50,202 nucleotides of DNA from a virus (Duplodnaviria; Caudoviricetes): positions 1-50,202 of the IMG/VR virus record IMGVR_UViG_3300031519_008035; one strand, given 5' to 3'. The notes beneath the pieces are model-generated. The model ran no database searches. It saw nothing but the letters and a program-made list of their open reading frames with translations, and had not been told where the DNA came from. Position 1 is the first letter of the stretch. Each line of letters begins with the position of its first letter. Below are positions 17,915 to 29,900 of the stretch, one piece after another. The translations under genes were made by a program, and so were the position numbers.

Positions 17915-20900
17915 TTCAGGTGCGTTTGTTGGTTCGTTAGCTATGAATTTAGCTTGTTGAGTCGTAGAAGCCTGTAATCCCTTACCATCCGCTGGATTAC
18001 CATCTAATGCCGTGTACCATACCTGTCCTCTCTTGTGTAAGATTTTAACCTGTGTTCCCAATGCTGGAACAGTGCTTAAAGTCACTGCAGATCCTGACAC
18101 AGAATAGTTAATAGTTGATCCGTCCTCGCTAGTAAGCAACAATCGTTGGCCACCAATGAATATGTCTAACTCACTAGCGGAAGCCGGGGTTTGTGATAGT
18201 GGAAACACTGTCTCACTACCATCACCTGTGAAGGTGTTAGTGTATACTGTGTCCGCATAAGGTATAGTTTGAGTTCCGCTGGCATCTACCACTAGTGTGC
18301 CATCGCTATGGTCCTTAATTCCTGTTCCAAGTGTTCCACGTCTAAGTTGCCCCAACGTGTTTCCGTTCTTGGTAAAATATTCTATTCTTTCCTTGTCTAC
18401 AAAGACAACGCCCGGCATGTTGTTTGATGCATCCGGTTCTTGTAATGCTGTTCCGTCCTTGACTTGTAGTGTGTTTATTGTATCGGTCAAGTCATCAACT
18501 AATTCCGTTGTTGATGTTTTACTGATACGTTTGTAGAAAGTCCTGTTCAACATATCTTTGAATATTCTAAATCCTGTGCCTCCTATCGCTGAATCCAATG
18601 CAAAGTACATCACATCCAGTCTGTCCGACACCGTTATTGTAGTGTTCAGTACCGTGATTATGTTACCGTTCAGTGTGTAGTCATAGTTTTGTATCAATTG
18701 TTTACCATTCAGCCAAACATAGGCGTACGTGGCATTCAGTGGATCGAATCTCAAGTGGAACACGTTATCTGGTTGTCCTTCTAAAACTTCTCTTCTCTGT
18801 TTCATGCCAAGTGCATTGTTAAATGTTGTTACTGATAAAACGTCGTTTGCGGTCAGTGTCTGACCATCTGATGCCAACCGTGTTTGGTCTAATATTATGT
18901 CTGCCCCTTCATTGTAGTACTGGTAACCTGTCAATGTTGTTATAGCAATTAAATCTGTGCTTGCCGGTGCAGTGACAAAAATAACCTGATCTGGTTGTCC
19001 TGCTCTATCTGTTGTTGTTGTTGATAAATCAGCTGTCTGTGTTGATATATCAGCTGTGTTTACTCCGTTTCCTAGATCGACCGTGTAGTCGGTATTCAGA
19101 GTCTGCTGTACCCCATTCACATGTATCTGTATCTGCGAAGCACTCGTAATGACCTTTATAGGATCTATTGTTGAATCCTCTCCTAACCGTTTGAAGTCAA
19201 ACTCTAGGTCTGCGGTCTTATGAATTGTGTCTGATGTCTCTGTTGATATGTCTGTCGTGTGTGCGACGTAGCCAACAGTTGACAGTGGATTGAAGCCATA
19301 GCTAACAGTAGTTCCGTCTCCCAGATAGTAACTGATGTCTGGCCCTCTTAGAACTTTCCCATTTGCTTCTATCATCGTCAGTCCTGAGAACGGTCCTATA
19401 GATCCAGGTGGGTAAGTTAGAGTGTATCTGTCTGTGCTACCATCATATGTTATTGCTTGATTCCTAATACTAGCAAAACTCCGTGTGCTTGATGTAGATT
19501 TGTTGAACCCTGCGATCTGTACAAATGCATCTGCCGCCGGAGCAGAGTTGAATGTTACTGTCACTGTATTAGCAGTTGTTGTAGTCGAGAATGCTGTTGT
19601 TGGTACACCATCAACTGTTATGTACATGTCAGACACAGTTGAATCTAAATTGAATTCACCCCTCGTTGAGGTCGTGAACGTGATTGTGCTTCCGTCTCCT
19701 GTATACTGATCCAATACCCTATAATTCTCTCCGCTTATTGCAAAAACTTTTGTTGACACAACAGAATACTCTGCAGGTGCGGTGTTAAACGTAATTGTTT
19801 TGTTGCCAACATCTATTGTGTAGTCTGTCGTTAATTTTTTAACAACGCCATCTACCGCAACAGTAACCGAACCAAGTGTTCCTGGATAGTCCCCAATGCT
19901 GAATGTTGTTGTTGAACCTTCAACTCTGTGATTCTTTTCTGAGATAAACGGCACTCCTGATTCTGGAGATGTGTAAACTTTTATGTCTAGTGTATCAAAC
20001 ATTTGTCCCGGAACTGTCTCTTCTGGTGCGTAGCTAGTGTCTGGTGATATGAAATCATCACCTTCCAATATGATATCACTTGGTGCGTGTCCAAGTGCTG
20101 ACCCAAAAAGTCCGCCCTGCACTATAGAGTCCAGTGTCCTATCATCCGTTGGCGTTAGCACACCGTCGTCATCGAATGGTATAAATTCTATCAATGCATT
20201 TTCATCGGCTATTTCACTGATAGTGAAGTTGACTGTTGATCCGTCACCTCTGATCACATCAGGAAGTTTTTTCCTTGTGCTGTCATCCTGTGTGATGTAG
20301 ACTTGATAAACATCTGTAGTTGTCGGCGCCAATGCAAAAGTATATACCGATGTAGATCCGTCTGCCCTAAATGCCTTGACTCTAGAGTCCCCGTAGTTGT
20401 CCCATGGGAAATCGTACCAGCCTGCTTTGTCCCACCCTTGTTCCTGTGAGAATAGTAATCCTGTAACCATTGTTCCACCGTAGTCAACTCCCGACATCAC
20501 TTGTGTCAATTCGTTGCCTGGCATTCCCGAACCCGGGGTATAGAAACCTTTAGTCCTGTCTGCGGCTGTGAGTTCTGTTTCGTCACCGTACACTTTATAA
20601 ACACTTCCTATGGTGTCATCAAATACTGTGGTTGCTGTGAAGGCATTGGTCACTTTGTAAAGCTGATTTTTGTACCTAAGCAGATCATTGTATGCATAGC
20701 TAGTCAATGCTGTCCAATCGACTACCCTCGATGTACTAGAAACTCTATCAAATTTTATTGTTGTGTTTATGTCCCTAACAAGATCATTGCCTAGGTTCGT
20801 GTATGCTCTAGCAGTGTCAGACGGTGTTGATCCATCAGATGCACCACCCGTCAGTACTACCATAGGTGTCGAAGTGTAGTTTGCGCCAGCACCTGTTACA

Positions 20901-23900
20901 GTTATTTTTGTTACCTTGCCACCAACAATCGTTGCTGTAGCAGTCGCCGCAGTAGTAGCCGGTGTTGTGTACATCTTGTATGCACCGGATATTGTTGACT
21001 GTGCGTGATTAGAAATTTGACTGTCTGGCATGTAGAACGTTCCTGTGTACCCATCAAATGTGTGAGAGTGTGATGTACCAGATCCGCCATTTTGCGAATC
21101 CCAAATGTTAGATTGTTCAAGACTAGTGAACAATGGATAGTAGTAACCGTAACTGCCTGAAGACGCTCCGCTCGAACTTGTTGCTAATATCTGGAACGGA
21201 CCTGTTGATCCCACCATTCCTCCCACTATTGTGACTGTAGGGGCTGTGGTGTAGCCGGATCCACCTTTGCTGACTGTTATAGATGAAACGTATTTCTTGT
21301 GGTAGTCATACCACATCTGGTATGGGTATTCTGTTAGTTTGGCCGTATCACTATTCACATTCAACGATCTAATCTTGCCTATTGTGGCATCGTAGAATGT
21401 TGGGTTGTCAAAATCAGTGAACAATCCATCCTGTGTCTCTAGTTTGTCGTACCCTAGTTTGTACTCCCTCAATTTTGTATGGAAAGGCTTGACCTCGTTG
21501 ATGTAGCTCTCTATCCAACTGTCTGTGCCTGTTGTGTATGTTTTTCTCTGATCCAGTTTCCTGACCGAATTTTTGGCGTTTATGAATGATGTTTTGAACA
21601 CCCAATCCACGTATGTCTGTTCCGAAAGCACTTTCCTCAATCCAGTGAAGAACAAGGTATTGTATTCTACTGCAAGATCGTTTATAAACAAGTCATCCCT
21701 TAGTGCTGTTAATACCCTCCTGGTCTCTGTGCTTGGTTCTTGGTCAAAGAAGTTGTCATCAAAGTTATCATCACCTGCGAAACCGGAGGCATCTTGTGAG
21801 TAATCATATAATTTAGTAGATAATCTGATCGTTCCGTTCTCTGTTCCAATGTTCTCCCATCCTGATGCAGTTTTCATAAACAGTTTCCACCCACCAGTGT
21901 CAGCACTCTTTACCTTAACGTGTTTACCTATTGCAAGGTCTAATAAGTCCAGTTCATACTGGTATGTGACCTGCTTGTCTATCTTAGTGTTCGCATCATG
22001 GGTCATGTCGCCGTCCGTTTTGTACCAATCTATATAACTCCAGTATGCCGAGGTGTTGTAGGTCTGAAGTTTAGTCCTCGACCACTCTGTGCCGTCCCAG
22101 TTGTATATCGCCCAGTAGTTGTTGGCGGTCTCGTCCGACTTGACCAGATAGTTTATAGTGCCCGATATGTCCGCTGTGTTGATGTAATTCAGTTCAGCAT
22201 ATGTGTCCACAGAAGCGTCCCACTCCAAGCTCTGTATTGTTGGTTCTGGTTCACTGTCATTCAGATTAGTTAATTTTATCTGTCCGACTAACTGGTTCTT
22301 TTTCAGAACCGTGTTAGCGTAGTCTATTATTTCTTCTAGGGCCTTGTATCTATTCACATACCAACTCTGTCTAGGTCTTATGCTGTTACCGTATCTCTCG
22401 TTCAGTGGTAAGTCTGGGTCTGGAACAAGATCACCTGTACTATTCTTACCTATCAACGAATCCCACCAACGTGTCTCTATGTTATTTCCTGGTCTGTAAT
22501 CGGCGTCTCCTTCCCTGACTAATTTCCATACACTGTGCGAATCTCCCTCGAACGTGTTTGTACGTATGTCTACGTTTAAAACAATGTTGTCATTGACTAG
22601 ATTATTAACATTGTTAATCATTAATTTATTTGTATCGGTCACTGAGTAGTATTTGAAGCCAAACCCACTAGGGTTCTGTATCAGATTAGCGACATATGCC
22701 GCTGTGTTCTTCCTCATGACCACACTGTTAGCAGGCATAGTTGTCGTGCCTTTGACCCAATAGTAATAGAAGTTGACTAACCTGTCTAATCTAGAATCGT
22801 ATCTCTGCGTCACCGTGTACTGCGAATCGTCTCCGTAAAGTGCTGTCCCTGATATTATACGTGTACGTCCTGCGCCTTCTGATCTATTATTCCATTCACT
22901 TGGTAGCAATCTCGATTCTGTCCATTCGTAGATGTCTATGCTGGATCCCGGGAAAGTCTGTCCCCAGTGGTTGTTTTTGTACTCCTGTGTGTCCTGCTCG
23001 TACCATAACCATTTGACTGTTGATAAATTCCACCAAATCTCACCCACATGATTCTCTGCCCATGGTGTCTTGGTGTTGGCATTTGTGCCTGTGTTGTAAG
23101 TTGCAGGATCCCATGTTGTTTTTATATTAATTTCTCTATCAGCTATTCCTAGTATCCTGCCCTTAATAGGATCATAGAGCTCGTAGTGATCCCTGATCTG
23201 TTTGTTCTTGTTATCAAATTCAAAAACTTTTCCTAATTTATCTATGTCGATCAATGCTGTTTCCTTTACTATATTCTTCCAAGCGTACTCTCCGTTGATT
23301 GTCAGGTCAAAACAAGTAAGTGTGCCATCATCGGTAACACCGGTGTTACCATCATCTTTAGGTGCTCCTACTATTACTGTGTTGTTGATCATGCATACAC
23401 CACGACCGAAGTCATCGTTCTCCGACATACTGTCTGATACCAATTTGTCATCAATAACAAACTTGGTGTTGTACATAGTGGCTGTGAAAGCACCTCCCGA
23501 TCCTGTGTTTATGTCACCAAACGTTGTGTCCTGCAGGTCAAAAGTGGTCTCACCCAAATCAAGCTTCATTTCTCTAGCTGTGGCAAAGTTCTCTGCACCT
23601 ATCACTACCCTAGTGCCTGAGTGGTCGATATCAAGGCTTGTGCCAAATTTCATGTTGTTCTGTGTTTCCGGTGATTTCAAAGTCTGTTGCAATGTATATG
23701 TGTTTGTCGACTCATCAGCATTCCACTTGTAGTAGTAGATTGCTCCACCATCTATCTGTCCTGTGCTACTGTCATCAACGCCCGGTGCTCCTATCATAAG
23801 AGTGGTGCCGTCCTTACTCATTGCCATCGAATCACCAAATGCTGTGTTCAGTGAAGATCCGTCACTGGATACACCAGTAAGTGTCTGTGCTAGTGCGAAT

Positions 23901-26900
23901 GAATTCTGTGAGCTTCCGTCATTGCTCTGCGATGTCTTTACGAAAATCTCTACCTTGCCGGCATTGCCTGGTGCAAGTGAACTGACTGCTAATATGTCGC
24001 CGTTGTCGTTGGCCTGTATTCTGTGACCAAATCTCTGTCCTGATCCACCGTCCGGTGCTTCTATTGTGTAGTCCTGTGTCCAGGTATCATAGGTTGAACC
24101 ATCTGCACCAATTCCCCAAGTGTACATGTACACCCTACCTGTATCGCTATCATGTCCTGGTGCTGACACAAACAAATACTTGTCGGCTGTTGTCCTAACA
24201 GACGAGACTCCTGGCTCTGATATCTGATGTTCCCACCCGAAGTTAAGATCTTCATTCGAACTAGAGCCGTCTGTCGGTGGTATTATTGTGTCTAGTATAC
24301 CATACTTGAATGTGCTTGGATCCCAAATATAAATTTTTATTAATCCGGCATTCTGTTGCCTAGTACTTCCGTCCAGCCCAATTGTGTTGGTGTACGGCGC
24401 TCCTGCAACCACAAAGTTCTCATCTGTGCTAATCGACAGAGAATCCCCCAGTCTGCTGGTGTTGTCATCGTTATCAGTCATTGTGGCTGTTGATTGTGTC
24501 TGTAGTGCTGTGCCTGCCGTTGTTGTTGATCTGAATAGGAAGTGTATCTCTCCCTGTCCTTTTCCTGGTGCTGACGTAACTATGGTCCTTCCGTCGTTAC
24601 GTGCCACTATCCTGTGTCCAAACTCCTGTTCAGCAGTACTGGTGTCTGGTGATAAGACTGATACTTGTGTGTATGGATCTTGTTTCTCGTACACACGCCA
24701 CAGACCGGCACTGTCCGCATCAGCGAACACCTTGTCTCCTGGCTGGTCTATTGCATCATCTTTGTCGGTGTAATCATTATAGTTCAATATGTCGTTCGCA
24801 TTGTCCATGGATGCCAGTCTCACAGATATGAATTTGTATATGTTACCGTAACTGTCCGCTGTTGACCCATCTTCCAGTGCTGGTATAAAAGCAACATTAC
24901 CCGTGTAGTCTATGATCACAGTCTTGTGGTCCGGCGTTGCAGAAACTTGATACACACCGTTCAATGTGGGTTCTTCACTGTTTGAGATTGCAAAGTAATC
25001 AGCCAGTGTTGTTGTTGAGCCTGCTGTCAATCCATGTGAGCCTGTAAAAGTTATCTCCAATTGCGTTGATTCGTTTATCAAAAGTAGGTTAGCTATCTTG
25101 AAGCCCGCACTGGTGATCCTAAACACGTCCCAATCCCTGTTGCTCTTGTTGGCAATCCAGATTAAATCGTTGGTCGTAATAGCGTTCATGTCAAGGTTAA
25201 GTATCTCTCCTATGTTGAAAGCGGTGTGTTGCACCTGAGCCAATTGCGGATACCCTGCTGTCTTGAAAACCTGGGCGTTGTCCCTGCTGATCCCTTCCTT
25301 GCTGTAGTCTAATCTGCTGAATGTGTTTGCCGCCGTGTACTCCACTGGTTTGTAATAGAAATTATCCTTGAGTATAGCCTCCGACCTTGCGTATTCAACA
25401 GTATCAGATGATGTGTCTAGCAGTTCGATGCTCTGCGGGTTTGCTGTTATTCTATTATCCTTTAAGACGAGCTGTATGTTCTCTACAGCATCCATGTTAC
25501 CAAAATTTCCAGTCCTGACCATCCATTCTGGATATAATTCCAATGAGATATCTTCACCTTCGTACTTGGCCTTAAGGATTTTGTCTATAGCATTCTTTGT
25601 ACCTTTCTCCTTGATGTATCCTTGATAGAACTTGTACTGCGAAATATCGTTGACGAATAAGTTTTCTAGATAATCTCTGCTTTGATACCCGGTCAATCTC
25701 TGTGCGAGTCGTTGTTGCGAATCGTCAAAATTGTTGGTTTCTAACTCGTAGAAATCGTTGAACTGTGAGATCTTGTACTCGAAGTTCGGTATGAGTTGTG
25801 GTGCTGGCTTATTGTCCTTGAGTGTCCAATTTGCAGTTTCGAAAATTGCTCCCGAGTTGTGATTTGTCTTTGACACATAGAACTTTCCTTGGTATTCCAC
25901 ACTGTCGCCTATCCTGTAATCTGTGTTGGCCAACCAGTATGTGACCTGTGCGGCATCAAATACAAAGCCCGGTGCGTAGTAGTCACCGTTCCACCCTGCC
26001 GTCTTCCATCCAACTATTTTTAATCTCTGTTGTCTGAATCCTGTTAACGGATCATATATGATGTCTGCGAACACTGTGCTGTTGTCAAACAACAGTATGT
26101 GTTCCTTCTGCACTGTGTTCAAAGCAATGTTGTATAGTCCTACCGTGTCAGACTTGATACCTAACTCGAATGTCTTACCTGTACGCTTGGTTGATATCTC
26201 TCTGACGTCAATTTTTCTGCCTCCCGAATCCAATATCGAGTAGTCACCTGCTAGATTCCTAAGTCTACCCACAATACTGTTGTTGGTGTCTAATTCGAAT
26301 CCGTCTGCGGCTGGTGAAACTGTTATCGCTGATCCCGGTGACCATTCCTGCGTAGTCCAGAACAAGAACTCCTTGATAGCGTTTGCCCAGTTCAGTGTTT
26401 CCTTTAATTCTGTAGAGAACTTGTTGAATCGGAATCCTTGACTTTCCAACCAGTGGCCGTACCCAAACAAGAAGTCTGCCACGTCCTGTATTGTGTTGAA
26501 CACATATCCATATGGTATGGTCTGTGTGATTTCTTGGTATGTTGCATACTGTTTGATCGCCGTTGACCCTTCTACCGACACTGCATTGGTAGTTGTAGTC
26601 TTGACCGGATAGTTGAAATTAAAATATGGTTTGACTGTGCTGTACCCTAACACCTTGTATCCGCCCAATACAGTGGATCCGTCACTGCTGACATCTGTAT
26701 TTTTTTCAATCAGCACGCCCGAATATTCAAAACTTTCTACAGGATTAGATGTCCTAAACAGTATCTTGTAGTTCTCATCTGGTATGAATTTTGATCCTGA
26801 TGTTGATCCAGGCGATACTGAATCTGTCAGTATTTTTAAATTGTCCTTGTCTGTGAATCCTCCCAGCTTGTACGCCATCTGCACTGTTAGGTTCTTCATC

Positions 26901-29900
26901 TTGTCATAGTAGAAGGCCTTGGGATCCATGTTCCTCGAGATCAAGTAGTTGATCACAAAAGGTTGATAACCCGCTGTCTGGTATCTAGTTGTAACACCTG
27001 TTGATAGATCCGTCTCCGTCTCTAAATGATATTTCGCTGTTGCTAGAGTTTTCCTAATACCTGTCTCTGAATATACTTGGTTACCTGCCACGTTCGTTGA
27101 TAATCTAGACGGGTCAAATAAGTTCGAAAAGAACTTTGCCGGTTTGGTCAGTGCCAACGTCTTCGTCGCAGTGAACGGATAAGCACTCGATCTCCTCCAG
27201 GCTGTCTCCGCTGGTGCTTGATCGCCAAACTTCCATGCGTTCTGCCTTCCTGGTATGTCAAAGTTGTCTACAAGTCCTGCCGCTAATGGATCTAAAAGAT
27301 TTCCTGATGCATCAACGGGAATGTAGCTCGCTATCTCCGGTTTGCCGTACCTGCCTGGCTCTGTCGCTATTGCATTCCATAACACAGTGTTGCCCGATGT
27401 GTATGGTGCTGTTCCGTAAGTTGCGTCCCAATTGGTAGGTTTTTCTGAATGACCTAAAATCTCCCATGGTCTAACATGTGGAGCATCAGTGTCATAGAAA
27501 TATTTGTAAATTCCCCTCCAGTATCCTGGTAGTTTCTCATCTATCAATCTGCCTGTTGATCTTGCATAGTTGTAAGTGAAAGGCGATCCCTCTGTGAATA
27601 CAGTGTTATTGATGTACTGTACATTGTTACGACCGGCCCACTGGTAGAAGTCTGCTCCCATCGCATTGTTGACTTCCTGTAGTGTGTATTCCGTTGACGT
27701 GAAAGCACTAGGCAACACATCGTGAAAATCCACCAAAGTTGAATCGTAATTTACTTTTATGTTGTTGTAGATCCTCTTTTCAAGTTCCAAAATCAGGGCG
27801 TCACGTTCGTCGCCATACGCCTTTATAATCGAGCCGTCGTGTTTCCGGATCATTGCTGTGTCTGTGAGATATGTTGTGTCTGTGAATGTTTCGGGTGTGA
27901 ACTTTGGATACATGCCAAGTGTTGTAGGTGATGGTGGCATATAACTGCCTGTAGTGTCTGCATAATCCTTGATTATAATCTTGTCACCTTCGGCAAGTGT
28001 TTTACTGATCTTCACACTGTCGTCTGTTGTGCTGAATGTGTATTCTGTTCCTAATAATAATTGCACATCATTTAGATACACATAGACTGCCCTATTGCTA
28101 GGTGTTGTGATATCGTGTTGTGAATCCAATGCATATTCTGTCTGTGATACACCCAGCACCGTATATGATCTGATTGAAACATTCTCTCCCCACCCTATCA
28201 TGTCCTCATAGAAAAACGGGAATGTGCTGTTCCTGCCTGGAGTGATTACTGATATTATCTCGTCAACCCTGTCTGCGGGCACACCTTCGTATGCTGTTCC
28301 CGTGGCATGTGTGAGGAATGCGTTGTACCATTTTTCATATTCCTGTCCTGCATAGTCAATAGATGTAACGAAGTTAGCGTCTTGATCCACTAGATTGAAT
28401 ATGGCAGGAAGTAGTGATCCTTCATGCTGATGTATAGTCCCGCCTTTCAATCTCGCATCTGGTTTGTCTCGCAGATTAGAAACTCCTGGTATTGTACCTG
28501 TAACTTCTTGGTTCTTATCAAATATGTCCCTGACATGGTTTAGTACCTGTCCAAAAGTAAACGTTCCCAACTGTTGATTGAGACTATTGGTTGCTAGGTT
28601 CTCTGGTATCTCGTAAATTCCTTTATTGGGCAACTTATCGGCACTACTGTATCCTGCTATCCGAATCTGATCATTAACTGACAAAATCTTGTTGAACTTG
28701 ACATATCTGTTCTTGGTACCTGTTTCCAGTGTGTAATCTGTTGTAAGTGATTTTCTTGCTCCGTTAACCGATACTGATAATTCCAAATCTGTTAGATCCG
28801 CTGAGTTCTTGTAGAAGTCGATCGGAAACAACTGTTTCTCTGTGTCGTCAACTATCATCGTCCTGGTCACACGCTGTTTACTATCTGTGGTCCTTTTTAT
28901 CCAAGCACCTTTTGAATTGTGTGTACTCCTTCCTGTGGTGTAGTGTAAGTGTCCCTCTGCTAGATTCACAGTCAGCGTCTGTGTACCACTCTTGTAAGTG
29001 AATGTCCCTGACGTGTGATCTGACTCGAAAACTATGTCTCCCACATTGTTGACTGTGTTGTACTTGACCTTTATACCAAGCACCGTGTCCGTTGTTGCCG
29101 TGTCTGATGTGGCAAAAGCAAAAACCTTGGCTCCTGCGAAAGTTGAATTTGGGTATGTTGTTGTATCATCGAACGCAGTGTGATCGTTGTTGAACATAGC
29201 AAACAACGGCTGTTGGTTCACTCCTGCCTTTTGCTGTGCTTCCACAAACGATAACGTTGCACTGTCATAGTAGAATGTTTTACCTTGATTTATTGTACCA
29301 AATTCAATGAATATGGAATCATTACTTGTTGGTGTGGCATCAGAGGCCTCGGTCAAATTAATGACCTGTGTTGAGTCTCCTGCAGTAACGAAATTTACAT
29401 CATATATCTTGTTCTTCACTATCGGGTCAGTGTCCGCCGCAAACACAATCCTCATTCCATTTGCCAGTGGTAAACCATCCACGATGTAACCTGTCTGTCT
29501 GACCACACTACTGAATGCGTCTGTTGTCACCGTATCATAAAGTGTGACCGATTTCTTGGCTACTATTCCGTGATTGTACAAAGCGAGTCCCGAATCAAAT
29601 TCTATAATGGGCCTCTTGGCCCTGTCATCCTCGTTCAACGTTGGAGCGAAACCGCCAACTCTTGCTGTTTCCTCGATTATGGACTTGTGGAACCATCTGT
29701 TGTATCTCGACCATGCATTACGATCCTGTGAATCTCTTTTGATTGTTATGTAATCTTTAGTGTCTGGTGTATAGAATGCCTTGGCATACGGTCTGGAATC
29801 ATAGCCTACTTGGTCATACAGTATCGTTGTTTCAGTGGCGTAACTGCCCGGTGTTATAAGATCATCAACATCGGTTAATGTAATAGCTTCGCCAACACCT

